The position numbers were made by a program, and so were the translations under genes. The notes beneath the pieces are model-generated. The model saw only the letters and a program-made list of their open reading frames with translations, was not told the DNA's origin and did not search any database. A stretch of 64,000 nt of DNA from Candidatus Hadarchaeota archaeon. Its GTDB lineage: Archaea > CAYQAE01 > CAYVLA01. This document shows, piece after piece, positions 39,201 through 48,077 of this stretch; positions within the stretch are counted from its first letter, which is position 1; the number at the start of each line of letters is the position of its first letter. The stretch covers positions 138,306-202,305 of the forward strand of contig CAZUNO010000003.1 of NCBI GenBank assembly GCA_964621445.1, in the 5' to 3' direction.

Positions 39201-42200
39201 AAATCACCGATAACTGGTAGCTCCTGGCCCAGACAGAAGTACTCGTGCCACTTCTCGGCCGAGCGGAAGTGGAGCTTCATTCCATCCGAGGTGTATACGT
39301 GGGCCCAGAGATCGGTGTTACCGTGACCTCCGAAGCTGACGAAACCGGCTCCCTTGTTCAGTTCATCGTTTATGCTTTCCCGGTCCGGGTTACCGTCGGA
39401 TAAACCGGCGGGAAGGTCGGCAATCCTTTGGTCATAGAGCCTCACTGGAGTCATACCAGCTGAAGAGAGGTTGGAGGATACGTGTTCCATCGTCTTCCAG
39501 GCATCTGCGTAGTCATTGTATGCATTCTCCCCTTCCTTGTATCCGGGAACGACCATCAGTGCCCTTTGGAACCAGCTCGAGTCGTAAGAGGAGAACTCGT
39601 ATGATATGATCTTTTCCACGTAGGTTTTGACCTCGCTGGCCGTTGATGCCGGTATCCTGCCAACCGCTATGTCCGGAATTAGGTCGGCGTCATCGAGGTT
39701 TATGGTGCTGATTGGGTCACCGGACTGCCAGGGTATCCCGTCCATCTCCCCGAACAGGAGGTCGCCGTCCCCATCCCAGTCCTCGAAGCTGCCGTCCTGT
39801 TCATAGAGGTCTGCGTAGTAGAGATCGGACGGGGCGAAGTTGTTACCCCAGTGGGTGGGGTCATGTATCTTGCAATACCTGACCGGGAACCGGTCGCAGT
39901 CTCCCACCAGCATCAGATATTTGATACCGCAGGCATCCTCGTAGGCCGCGGCTCCCATCTTTATCCTCTCCTGGATGTCCACCCCGCTTGACGCGAAGCT
40001 TCTATTGAGGGTTTGCCAGCTCTGGATGTAGCTCTCCATATCGGTGTGGTCCTTATGTTTCTTGAGGGGGATAAGCTCCTCGACGAAGTCCTGGTCGGTC
40101 AGCATGAGTAGTTCGATATCCCGCGTGGAGAGGTTAATCTCGGTCAGGGTGGAGAAGTCTCCGGTGAAGTTTGGGGGGATGGACTTGGAGAGCGGTGGAT
40201 TATCTGATCCCAGACGTACGCCCACTCTAACCTTCTGGCCCGGTTTGCTTTCCAGCTCTGGAAGGCTGAAGGCCAGCTCCCACACCCTGTGGTTGTATCT
40301 CGAGTGAATAGAAGGTCCAAAACCCGCGCCGGCCGTGGAGTGGCACGCCTGGAGTGGTGTCCATGACTCCTCGCCTAGGTAGTACTGCAGCTGCATTCCC
40401 TGGAAAACCGAGGCCCGGTAGTTGGTGTCCAGGTTGGGTGATATCTCGCCATCGCCATCGATGTCAAAGGTGATCCACGCAAGGTCCGATGGATCTCCTT
40501 CGGTGTCCGCCGGGATATCCAAAAGCATGTACATGCAGGAGGCATCGTTCTGGACACCAAGGTAGCCCGCCCCAAGGTCTAGGAAAGCGGAGCGGTTCCA
40601 CTCACCGGCATCAATCTGGCCGTCAATTACCGGTGGCAGGTACGAGAAGGGGCTTTGAACCATAAGGGGTTCAGGGACCACCATGTTGATGTGGCAGGTG
40701 GCGGGGCCTGCGTTGGACTCGAATTGAATGGTGTGCCCGTATTGCCCTGGGGAGAGGGCGGACCGGGAAACGGTGATGTTGATTTCGGTTTCATGGCCTG
40801 CCGGTACATAACCGGTCATTGGATTAGCGCTGAGCCAGCTGGGCAGATCCGAGACCATGTCCCAATCGAGGGCTGCGGAGCCCGGGTTCTGGATGTAGAC
40901 CGACCCCTTGGTAAGACTCGTACCGAGGTTCAGGACCTGCGGCTCCAGCACAATCTGAGGATCTCCCTCCGGGACATCCATGGCTACTCCAACCTCGGAC
41001 TCCCCTCCATTGGAAACCAGGTGAATGATGCAAGCATAGGTACCGGGTGACAACCCACTCCTGTCCACCGACGCGGTAACCAATTCGTGGGTTCCCGATC
41101 CGAGTTCTCCATCCGTCTTCGAGAGCTCAAGCCACTCGGCGATTTCTCCCTCTGTCTCCCAGACAAGGGACCCGGAGCCGGCATTGCTCACGTTGAAGAA
41201 GGCCGATTGGTCCTCGAGCCCGAGATCAAGTGAAGCGGGGGAGACCTGAAGTACCGGGCCCTGGCTGAAGGAAGCGTTGATGCTTTGATTTCCCAGAATG
41301 GTGATGGTTGTGGACGCTGAGTCGGGGTTGGCCATGGTTCCTGTGCCCCCGGACCAGCCGGCGAAGTTCCAGCCGGGATCAGCAACGGCCTCCAGAGGTA
41401 CCTCGAAATCCAGGGGGTATTCGAAGGTTCCCTCACCGGGATCAGCCACGTAGCCGCCCTCTCCGCTCGATATGGTGAGGAAATAAGACTGCGGTTCGGA
41501 ATCCGGGACCTCCATATTTACCTCCACCTGGCCCTTTCCTCCATTGGAGATGATGAGCATGGTGTGTTGATAGGTTCCCGGGTTAAGTCCCGCTCGATCA
41601 ACCGCCGCCATGTAGGGCAAGGTCTCGCCCACCCCGGCCGCTCCGCTGGATGGGAAGCTTAGCCAGGACGGCAGGTCCTGCTCCAGCTGCCAGCTAAGTG
41701 GCCCGTTCCCTGAGTTTCCGATATTGACGTAGAGCTCGGTGGTAACCGTGCCGAAATCCAGGTTCTGTGGCTGCAAGGTGAGCACCGGCAGTCCCTGGAA
41801 GGTGCCGGTGATGGCATGGTAGCCGTTAATCGTTATGGTGGTGCTGCTCGAATCGGGGTCGGCCATGGTTCCGGTGTCCCCGTCCCAACCGGTGAATACG
41901 TATCCGGATTGGGCTGATGCCACAAGCGAAACCACCTCCCCATAGTCCCGGTTAAAGTTGCCCTCTCCCGGGGTGGTTACCGATCCTCCCGAGGTGCTGC
42001 CGATGGTTAGACCGGGAACGGTCATGGTGACCGTCACAGTGCCGTCGCCTCCGTTTGTGGTTACCGAGATGTCGTGGTTGTAGTTCGCCGGCCCCATGCT
42101 GGTCCGGGTGACCGTGGCCTTGATAGATGCCCATTCGTCCGGGGTTATGGGGTCTCCCGTCATCTGGGAGAGGGTTAACCACCCTGGAAGATCGGACTCG

Positions 42201-42370
42201 ATGGACCACTCGAGGTATTGATCCCCTGTATTTTTTATATTGAACCAGAGCTCGGTGGTAGTTGATCCGAAGCTCAGGGAGGATGGGGATAGTTCCAGGG
42301 CTGGGCCTGCAAGGGCGATATGAGGGATGCCGATAAACAGTACCCCCAGAAGCAGAAAGGAGTTTCTCAA
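33233..42370 (-). CDS. 3045-aa surface protein: BACON-like and beta-repeat modules, CBM9/DOMON-like domain, two C25 (gingipain) peptidase domains, FG-GAP repeats, Fn3/Ig domains, C25-propeptide-like domain, VPEP-TM anchor
   Basis: YLMLVGD, SDLYYADL, PDIAVGRIP, GHG/AAC and GHG/LSC, LFGDP and IYGDP, five GDFxGDGxDD. Confidence 0.85.
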   Translation of the reverse strand: MRNSFLLLGVLFIGIPHIALAGPALELSPSSLSFGSTTTELWFNIKNTGDQYLEWSIESDLPGWLTLSQMTGDPITPDEWASIKATVTRTSMGPANYNHDISVTTNGGDGTVTVTMTVPGLTIGSTSGGSVTTPGEGNFNRDYGEVVSLVASAQSGYVFTGWDGDTGTMADPDSSSTTITINGYHAITGTFQGLPVLTLQPQNLDFGTVTTELYVNIGNSGNGPLSWQLEQDLPSWLSFPSSGAAGVGETLPYMAAVDRAGLNPGTYQHTMLIISNGGKGQVEVNMEVPDSEPQSYFLTISSGEGGYVADPGEGTFEYPLDFEVPLEAVADPGWNFAGWSGGTGTMANPDSASTTITILGNQSINASFSQGPVLQVSPASLDLGLEDQSAFFNVSNAGSGSLVWETEGEIAEWLELSKTDGELGSGTHELVTASVDRSGLSPGTYACIIHLVSNGGESEVGVAMDVPEGDPQIVLEPQVLNLGTSLTKGSVYIQNPGSAALDWDMVSDLPSWLSANPMTGYVPAGHETEINITVSRSALSPGQYGHTIQFESNAGPATCHINMVVPEPLMVQSPFSYLPPVIDGQIDAGEWNRSAFLDLGAGYLGVQNDASCMYMLLDIPADTEGDPSDLAWITFDIDGDGEISPNLDTNYRASVFQGMQLQYYLGEESWTPLQACHSTAGAGFGPSIHSRYNHRVWELAFSLPELESKPGQKVRVGVRLGSDNPPLSKSIPPNFTGDFSTLTEINLSTRDIELLMLTDQDFVEELIPLKKHKDHTDMESYIQSWQTLNRSFASSGVDIQERIKMGAAAYEDACGIKYLMLVGDCDRFPVRYCKIHDPTHWGNNFAPSDLYYADLYEQDGSFEDWDGDGDLLFGEMDGIPWQSGDPISTINLDDADLIPDIAVGRIPASTASEVKTYVEKIISYEFSSYDSSWFQRALMVVPGYKEGENAYNDYADAWKTMEHVSSNLSSAGMTPVRLYDQRIADLPAGLSDGNPDRESINDELNKGAGFVSFGGHGNTDLWAHVYTSDGMKLHFRSAEKWHEYFCLGQELPVIGDFSGDGRDDIACFLRDSGKGSAQGDVYVAISTGSNFGPGQIWHGNLCPGGEIPRVGDFNGDGKDDIACFHRNVSEVHVALSTGSSFGTQQKWQNYFCLPGEWPEVGDFNGDGKDDIITFIKGTKSGSAANDVYVSLSNGTSFLPGKLWHGSFSWGSEIPMIGDFDGDGKDDIITFKRSAANVHVALSTGTKFGSPDLWHGNFCYPSQEPGVGDFNGDGSDDIIAFTRKEAGKVWVSLSSGSKFQPARTWTTNFCAGNETPLTGNFRWGNTSGIVNFVGDERNGTQRGDVYVSFPVKLDNADRLPVVFAAACSTAHFHYQGKHLDVNGKEFDPSVECPPCCGWNDSRCWPKNPNAVDPPVPAAIQRNATRNYDSDSLAEFFLVKRDVGAIGYIGCYTGSQPAGLTLDRHFFEAYTYSSKPAIMGDIWNRALYEYIQEDFGINPLWTSTWRSQAYYHHAQKFQLFGDPSLRIGGISPTQRKDAIGNWSMVHDGWLGNLDLWEANGDAIEGTPNIKGNYTASDGKTHDVQGRMNTWKYRLSPSWGPDHKFQFQFKLDFQDTPSAGDDQVFEAYLFTQTLDGMAGKTWWHGTPYGFYALKNQEISYETGAPGTIVLSDFLGTYDFTVNGVQGTLELWPSTASYSTGPNVEGRYTTPDGESFNAWGYVRTPSHPMPQSWGPDHKIELYIDFSGGILVGILEKYEGYLFTQTKAAMAGVRVSPGETYGFCATKEARHVVQIETCPNGTVSSPGTGNLTFDSGENVSLSASPSQDHEFSLWTGDVDTVENVESPDTTFTVYGNYSLKATFVPIGDSNTPPRFTSGPSVKCETNWAIVEWVTDESANGTVRYDTVSRIYGYSESHRGNNKIHSINLTGLEPSTTYHFLAISMDVDGNTASEAGLFSTLPIPDNEEPLIELLPLEGTLNGTKTVLAEATDNVGVEKVEFYVDGVQTFTDYSPPYRWPFDTPRFLDGNYTITAKAYDGYGKAAEDSAKVRAKNTPDPTAPYVSICSWTRSEEYLTVWADISDQNGLSTAQVYVDGNLIQTEGFPSNPKTANIEFKWYIKPVPKGKEYRIGIMAYDVDLKMGLDTLDILLPATPKMEPKLVVTSRELTRNQNVFTMKITVKNVGKGNATGIILQDYLRLLQPISSNSSTADILAEYNPSAKWWYCLILVEDDIDVGKSRTFTYKAVPVMLQSNQPTPEIGKLKLWYESLKGSEHSSTWSSVKYTTGGQTLQAAYDKALEASNYLIVTNPFRAIYYYNKQDAQNLLSTMARLAMLKHGTLGYLDTNSASAFDKVIGSQGAWNKKLSPSFSKLGHGYLLIVGETELVPSWHQYGFDIEWNNAPNTKDVPLSDHPYSDTTGNGVPDLIVGRVIGNTLEELTATINHSIYVHLGQGGSSYDRSHALLVSGTGYKQGTFVNDVTNLVKVLKGKGLTASELHLKWYSTHDQKASAFKQSILDQDLICFRGHGNLDEWDDIQCGLKTSSSSWSNPNDFPLDFGQASPAVIALSCLTGNYESGDDYNIAEGFLNSGAVVYIGSTQLAPMKQDSKAGNHIFNNWDTTESIGKAFLETERNRYGTDKYGNLFAWEYNIYGDPKFGAVPSLSSNSREGGETLSPELVVTVPQYTVTELEGFDHVDIPGGWTYMERDRPQIPYYVQSFSCPVRTKVQSVELTEKTGLTRQSGLHLPLTTNDFRGGIGSDSTLAEGGWYPGSDYRWTEIEKPDGASELVLQVFPFQYDPSTGESMVWSTFTFEVDYTQSDVSIITLDTDRAQYDIGESVDVEISIQNSGYALDLVTDICIRRIENGDLVEGLLLQTLSNLKGPASCGLTWHPQVEPGHYYVEAEIKNLEGQVFDRRTADLQVGLPSCELTEHEVETGNGNISGMSITVQNTGRTELSGSGVFIARDKSGNTVWREAKGFETLSPGGLIELGETCSFLLSDISSIVMYVSHDGVSTEPVVWTPVPEPAAVLLLLLGSGWALQRTIIRVGRTNEKA

Positions 42371-42589
42371 GGTAGGGATGTGGGGGGAGTTTATGATATA
42401 TTTGTATTGTGTATGAGATCATTCGGCATGCTAGCGATGTTAATACCGGCTGTATGAGTGATCTGGTCCGGAGATGGCGGTGAGGAAAATCCATCGATCC
42501 AATTTCGAATCCCGTTCGACCATCCAGAATAATCATTATCGCGTGAGGAAACCTTTTTCCATTCCCAATCTAACTCCATATAGAGATTT

Positions 42590-43819
42590 GTGACCATGGC
42601 TGGTCAGAGACCATTGGGGTTGGGCTCGATAATTTTATTGGTTTTTGCCCTTTTTGTTCCACAATCGGCCTCATCTCTCCCTGATGGTAGGCTAGGCGTT
42701 CTATACGTGGGGTGTTTTGCTCGCTCCGCGCCCTTCGAGCAAATGAAGAACGATCCTTTTTTCTCCATGAGCTATGTGCCGGCCACATTTAGGGACTGGG
42801 TTGCGGTTGCCGGGCTCACCATAGATGATACCAAGAGAATGATTAGGCTTTATATGCCGCGGACCCTGGAAAGGCTGACCAGCCGGTTTGACGTGGTGGC
42901 ACTGGCTAACGCTAATAGGATGGGTTTGGGAACCAGGAACGTGGAGATGATTGCCAAGGGAGTGCGGGAGGAGGGGGTCGGGTTTTTCATGTCCGGCAGC
43001 TTTGAGAGTTTTGGGGCTAACGCGGGATATCCTGCTTGGGGCGATAGTGCCATCGGGGAGATACTGCCAACTGAGGATGTCGTGGACACCTGGCCCCAAT
43101 GCGGCCGTCTTGTCCTCGACGCACCGGATCACGAACTTCTCAGTAGTGTACCTTGGGACGACCCTGCACTCAAGCATCCCGATAAATGGGATCATAACCT
43201 GGTCACCGTAAAGCCTGGGGCGAACCAGATTGCACATCTTTTGTGGAAGCCGGGGGTTGACCACCCCCTGATGGTTACCTGGGAGGTAGAGGGCGGGGCA
43301 ACGGTTTTCGCGCTGACCAGCGAGATTTCGCGTCTCACCTGGACTGGGGATGCCTGGGAGTACGATTACGATTTCGGTAGCAATCTCATGATCTACCTGG
43401 ACGGCCGACCTGTGCCCCAGGAAACGGAGATCGTTCACCGGGCCAGGTCCAAGATACTGGAGATAGCGGATAGGAGGAAGTTGGTTATCGACCTTCTCCA
43501 GTTCAGCGAGTCCTTCGGGGCCAATACACATGAGGTAATGAACAGTCTTGGCGAGGTGGACGAGGTCATTTCCCAGGCCTCCGAGCAGTACATCGATCTC
43601 CAGTACCAGGAGATGCTGGAAACAAACGAAATAGTGGTCTCCATGCTCCAGGATTTACAGCAGGAGGCGGTTGAACTAAAGAACCATGCCCTGATGTGGG
43701 TCTATTTAATCGAGTGGCTGGCAGTTACGGGGACCGCTCTGGTCTGCGGTTTCGTGCTTTGGACGGTTATGGTCCGGCGCAAGCTTTACAGGCAGGTTAA
43801 AGTGACCAGAGGTAGGTAA
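42590..43819 (+). CDS. Secreted, membrane-anchored GATase1-like protein, paralog 2
   Basis: Same motifs as paralog 1 (RLYMPRT, ESFG..W..S.IGEILP, HNLV.VKPGA, IEWLAVTGT). Confidence 0.65.
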   Translation: MTMAGQRPLGLGSIILLVFALFVPQSASSLPDGRLGVLYVGCFARSAPFEQMKNDPFFSMSYVPATFRDWVAVAGLTIDDTKRMIRLYMPRTLERLTSRFDVVALANANRMGLGTRNVEMIAKGVREEGVGFFMSGSFESFGANAGYPAWGDSAIGEILPTEDVVDTWPQCGRLVLDAPDHELLSSVPWDDPALKHPDKWDHNLVTVKPGANQIAHLLWKPGVDHPLMVTWEVEGGATVFALTSEISRLTWTGDAWEYDYDFGSNLMIYLDGRPVPQETEIVHRARSKILEIADRRKLVIDLLQFSESFGANTHEVMNSLGEVDEVISQASEQYIDLQYQEMLETNEIVVSMLQDLQQEAVELKNHALMWVYLIEWLAVTGTALVCGFVLWTVMVRRKLYRQVKVTRGR

Positions 43820-43937
43820 GCGGTTTAATCCCCCGATATTTTCTCTAAATGATCCAGGGCGATAATTTCCAGTTAAGGACGCTCTACCGGAGTTTGAGAA
43901 GAAATAATAACCCTGTTCGGCATCGAGGCCTTGGTCC

Positions 43938-45173
43938 ATGATCCACGAAAATAAGGCGCTTTTGATCGCTGGACTCGCCTTTTTCCTATTCCTTATGGTT
44001 TCCATGCCCACGGAGGCCCTGCCTAGCGGGAAAATTGGGGTTCTCTATATTGGCGATCTCGCTCGCTCACCACCTTTCAACATGATGACCTCTGACCCTC
44101 TGTTTTCCATGTCCTTCGTTCCCGCATCTCTTCGTGATGACTGGGCTGCCGAGGCGGGGCTTACAATCGATGATGTCCATAGGAGGATACGGCTCTATAT
44201 GCCACGGACCACGGAAGCACTCGCCGATCGGGCCGATATCGTGGTGCTGTCCAATGGAAATCGTTTGGCGGTGGGCTCCAAGAACGCCGACCTGATCGCA
44301 AGAGGGGTCCGGGAAGAGGGGGTCGGCCTCTTAATGGCCGGTGGATGGGAGAGTTTCGGTGGCAGTGGGAGTTGGTCCCCGCCGTGGGGGGAGACGTCCA
44401 TAGGAGAGATACTCCCAACCGAGGATTTGGCGGGCACATGGATACAGGATGGGCGCCTGGTTATCGATAGACCTGACCATGAGCTCATTGACAGTTTGCC
44501 CTGGGATTCCCCGTTGTTAAAGAATCCCGTTCTTTGGCACCATAACCTGGTCCAGGTCAAGCCGGGTGCCAATCTGCTCGCCCACGCTCTTTGTGCGGGG
44601 GGAGAGGAGCACCCCCTGATGGTTACCTGGGAGATCGAGGCGACCAGGGTATTCGCCCTTACCAGCGAGATACACACCCTTTCTTGGTATGGAAAGCCCT
44701 GGAAGTACGACTATGATTTCGGGAGCAACCTGATGATATACCTGGATGGTAGGCCTGTGCCCCAGGAGATCGAACTGGTTCACCGGGCCAGGTCCAAGAT
44801 ACTGGAGATGGATCGGAGGAAATCGCTTCTGATGGGCCTTCTGGATTTCTGTGACTCCTTCGGCGCCAATACGAAAGCGGTCATGTCCAAGATCGATCAG
44901 GCCGATGATGTGCTATCACAGGCAAATGAGGAATATCTACAGCTACGATTCCAGGAGATGCTGGAAACCTACGAGGTAGCGGAGGACATGATCGAGGAGG
45001 TTGAGGAGGACGCGGTGGAACTAAAAAACCGGGCCCTTCTCTGGGTTTACGTTATCGAGTGGCTGGCGGTAACCGGAACCGCCCTGGTCTGCGGTTTCGT
45101 GCTCTGGACGGTTATGATCCAGCGACGATATTTCAGAGAGGTCCGCAGCACCCGTCACAGGTCAGGAAGATGA
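43938..45173 (+). CDS. Secreted, membrane-anchored GATase1-like protein, paralog 3
   Basis: GGWESFGG..WGETSIGEILP; tandem with paralog 2. Confidence 0.65.
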   Translation: MIHENKALLIAGLAFFLFLMVSMPTEALPSGKIGVLYIGDLARSPPFNMMTSDPLFSMSFVPASLRDDWAAEAGLTIDDVHRRIRLYMPRTTEALADRADIVVLSNGNRLAVGSKNADLIARGVREEGVGLLMAGGWESFGGSGSWSPPWGETSIGEILPTEDLAGTWIQDGRLVIDRPDHELIDSLPWDSPLLKNPVLWHHNLVQVKPGANLLAHALCAGGEEHPLMVTWEIEATRVFALTSEIHTLSWYGKPWKYDYDFGSNLMIYLDGRPVPQEIELVHRARSKILEMDRRKSLLMGLLDFCDSFGANTKAVMSKIDQADDVLSQANEEYLQLRFQEMLETYEVAEDMIEEVEEDAVELKNRALLWVYVIEWLAVTGTALVCGFVLWTVMIQRRYFREVRSTRHRSGR

Positions 45174-45281
45174 AGACCCCTGGAGTTCACCCGGGCTCGA
45201 AGGTCGAGACAGGCGGAGTTTTCAGGTTGGTGCTAAGGCGAATACCCTCTCCTCAGGATAGGAAAAAGAAACAATATATAG

Positions 45282-45295
45282 TATGTGTACACATA
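45282..45295. promoter_or_regulatory. Palindromic operator of the vapBC module
   Basis: Perfect palindrome TATGTGTACACATA between the TATA-like ATATATA and the ATG. Confidence 0.6.
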
Positions 45296-45303
45296 ATACA
45301 CAT

Positions 45304-45543
45304 ATGGGTTCCAAGAATATCTCCATTCGAAAGGATGTATACGAGAAGCTAAAAATCGAGAAGAGGCCGGACGAGAGCTTCACCGAAGTGATTGATAGGC
45401 TACTGAAATCCGAAAAACCGCCGCTCACAAAATTTTCCGGGACCATATCCGAAAAAACAGCAGTAGGGATGGAACGCACGTTGGAGATACTATCGGAGAT
45501 GGAGAAGAGGGAGATAGCCAAGCTTCACGGGGAGTCAAAATGA
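45304..45543 (+). CDS. vapB: VapB-type antitoxin (DUF217-like)
   Basis: KNISI..DVYEKL..K..ESFTEVI.RLL; ATGA overlap with the toxin. Confidence 0.85.
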   Translation: MGSKNISIRKDVYEKLKIEKRPDESFTEVIDRLLKSEKPPLTKFSGTISEKTAVGMERTLEILSEMEKREIAKLHGESK

Positions 45544-45932
45544 TCCTCGATACAACATTCGCCATAGACCTGCTGAGGGGAAATAAGAGCGCGGAGAAGA
45601 AGGCCCGGGAGATGGAGGACAGAGACGAGGCAGTTGTCATACCGACACCCGTGGTGCTTGAACTCTTCGCTGGTGCGGCTCGTTCGGATGCCCCCATGAG
45701 TGAGAGACGGAAAGTCGAGGAATTCGCCAGTAGCTATGGTCATGCTATCCTGGGATACAATGAAGCTAGGCTGGCTGGAGAGATCCTGGGAAACCTGATG
45801 CTGAAAGGCCAAAGGATCGGGTTGATCGACACCATGATTGCCAGTATCGCGATCACTCACGGAGAAACCGTCTTGACGAGAAGCCCTGAGCACTTCGATA
45901 GAATCGAGGGGGTCAGGGTAGAGGGTTACTGA
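45540..45932 (+). CDS. vapC: VapC PIN-domain toxin
   Basis: MILDTTFAIDLLRG, ELFAG, DTMIASIA, LTR..HF.RI. Confidence 0.92.
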   Translation: MILDTTFAIDLLRGNKSAEKKAREMEDRDEAVVIPTPVVLELFAGAARSDAPMSERRKVEEFASSYGHAILGYNEARLAGEILGNLMLKGQRIGLIDTMIASIAITHGETVLTRSPEHFDRIEGVRVEGY

Positions 45933-46226
45933 GAGATTGGCGCAGGGCAGGACATTCGTTCTGTCCGTGGAGTCGGTGGTGTCTTTTCTCTATCGATGCT
46001 TGAACTTGGTATCTCCGCCTGGTGTATAGTTTGGGTTTGACCATCAGGGTCCATAACGCTACGGCGTAAGCTCTACCGGAAAGTTGAATCCACGACTTTG
46101 AGATAGGTATTGTTGGTTTAAGACATACCTGGATTTCCGATTGGACCTCATCGTGATTTTAAAAAGAATCAACTATTGTGGGCAATATTAAAATAATGGG
46201 TAATTGATATATTGTGGGTAGATTCT

Positions 46227-46466
46227 ATGACGGTTGCGGCGAGATTGGATGACAGGGGAAGGATTACAGTACCGGCTTCGGTAAGAAAGAAATTGGGATT
46301 CAATAGGGGAGATCTTCTCGAGATTAGAGTGGAGGACTCAAGAATTATACTCTCGCCCTTTAAAAATGAAGAAGGAAAAAAGCTCGACGAATTAATCGGT
46401 GATTTAAAATTTGACAGGTCTTCTAGGAGGGAGGCTGAATCTTGGCTAGAGGACCAGAATATTTAG
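46227..46466 (+). CDS. AbrB/MazE-type antitoxin
   Basis: LDDRGRITVPASVRKKLG..GD. Confidence 0.88.
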   Translation: MTVAARLDDRGRITVPASVRKKLGFNRGDLLEIRVEDSRIILSPFKNEEGKKLDELIGDLKFDRSSRREAESWLEDQNI

Positions 46467-46885
46467 TTGAGACCGATTTCATTTTCGGGCTTAGACAGGG
46501 TGATAGATTGCATGATCATGTTTCTGCTGCCCTGGAAAGAAACCTTGAGGGTGAAATCAGCCTCTGTATTTCCGCTGTGGCTCCAATTGAGACAAATGCG
46601 GTAATGGCATCTCGGGGTGTCAGCGAGCATCGGATTAGCGCTGCCTTTTTGCTCATTAACAAGGTATTGGAAAAGAACGGGATTGAGAGTTACACCAAGA
46701 TTAAGATTCCTGATATGGAATTTGCCTCGAATCTTAGACAAAAGTTGAACAGACTTACCTTCTTTGACTCCCTGCATGCCGCAATCTCAAAGAGAATGGA
46801 TATTCCAATTCTATCTAGCGACCCAATATATGATTCGCTGGACCTGATATGGGTTGATCTCCAGGATTTTAGTGAGCTCTTCTGA
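46442..46885 (+). CDS. PIN-domain toxin
   Basis: YLVETDF, LTFFDSLHAA, ILSSD..YD. Confidence 0.85.
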   Translation: MARGPEYLVETDFIFGLRQGDRLHDHVSAALERNLEGEISLCISAVAPIETNAVMASRGVSEHRISAAFLLINKVLEKNGIESYTKIKIPDMEFASNLRQKLNRLTFFDSLHAAISKRMDIPILSSDPIYDSLDLIWVDLQDFSELF

Positions 46886-46978
46886 ATGTTTCTTGTCAGT
46901 ATCAATTTATCCCTTAATCACGGAAAGAAAATATCAAGCGTGAAGGATTTTGATACATAGGGAAGATACCTGAGGGAA

Positions 46979-47095
46979 TTGAGGGTGCTTCCGGTCGAGA
47001 GGAGCGGGATCGTTTTGTGGGGTCTGGCAATGGCAATTATCTTGGGGGCTTTTATCGGGATAGCCATCTTTGAGTACTATTCCAGCAAAAACTAG
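46979..47095 (+). CDS. Possible 38-aa single-TM protein or gene remnant
   Basis: Manual translation MRVLPVERSGIVLWGLAMAIILGAFIGIAIFEYYSSKN. Confidence 0.3.
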   Translation: MRVLPVERSGIVLWGLAMAIILGAFIGIAIFEYYSSKN

Positions 47096-47192
47096 TCATT
47101 CAGAATGGCAATTAGCACAACCCCTAGCAGAAAGTAATCAGTGAACGTGCGTTTATGAATTATGAATGGAATAATCGATAGAGGAATCCTGG

Positions 47193-48077
47193 TTATTGGT
47201 TTTTCTTCTCATCCCTGTTATTTACCGATTTGAATGAGCTGGGGGAGCCTTTTCTTCTAGCCTCCATCATGGTATTTGCTGTTACATCAGGATGGCGATA
47301 GTGATAATCCTCCTCCGCCACTCCACCCCTTATGGCCTTATGGGGGCAGAAATTGTAGCATGCCAGGCAGTTTTCGCAGTGATCCAGCCATACAGGCCGA
47401 CTCTCAACCATCTTTATATTATCCACCGGGCAGACCTCGGCGCAGATGCCGCACTCCGTGCATTCATCACCTACCGAGTAGCTATTTCCAATCATGCGTA
47501 TCATTTCATCAAGGGCGGACTCCCTTGGTGCGCCAGTGAGCTGTGAGAGGCTTCTTCTAGTGAGGAGCTGGACTAATAGGTTGAGTGGTTCGAGCAGGGC
47601 GCTGAAGAGCCAGGACCAGAAGAACTTGCCCCTTCTTCCTGCCTTGGCGTTTTCGGCGATGGCATCCAGCTTCTGTTCGGACCTGGCCAGGGTCTTTTCC
47701 TGGTTTTCCCAGAACTTCCGAAAGGAGTTCTGGGGCATGTGTATACCATATGAGCCCTTTAGCTCGCCGCCCCTGAACTCGATTATTCTTCGCAGAGCTC
47801 TAAGGGAGTCTCCCGCTGCTCCCCCGTAGTTGGAGACGGCGAAGATGTACTTTCCCTCTATTCCCTCAAGCTTCCCTGCAAACTCCTTGACTATGACCGG
47901 CAATGTTCCGTAATATACCGGGAATACAATTCCAATGATATTGGCGCTGGGCTTCACCTGTTTCTCGTTCATCAGGTTCCCTATTGGAGTGATTTTGCCT
48001 TGGAGTCTTTGCGCGAGGCCTCGGGCAAGGACAAGGGAGTTCCCGGTCCCCGAAAAGTAAAAGATCTCTGAACTCAT
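47193..48077 (-). CDS. EFR1-family flavodoxin/4Fe-4S ferredoxin protein
   Basis: YFSGTGNS, FPVY, CTECGICAEVCP, CENCLACYNFCP. Confidence 0.9.
   Translation of the reverse strand: MSSEIFYFSGTGNSLVLARGLAQRLQGKITPIGNLMNEKQVKPSANIIGIVFPVYYGTLPVIVKEFAGKLEGIEGKYIFAVSNYGGAAGDSLRALRRIIEFRGGELKGSYGIHMPQNSFRKFWENQEKTLARSEQKLDAIAENAKAGRRGKFFWSWLFSALLEPLNLLVQLLTRRSLSQLTGAPRESALDEMIRMIGNSYSVGDECTECGICAEVCPVDNIKMVESRPVWLDHCENCLACYNFCPHKAIRGGVAEEDYHYRHPDVTANTMMEARRKGSPSSFKSVNNRDEKKNQ

Noticed and set aside
43881-46090. GCTCTACCGGA repeated at about 43881 and 46070, vaguely like an IS end
   Set aside because: Only 11 nt, same orientation, with no transposase or target-site duplication.
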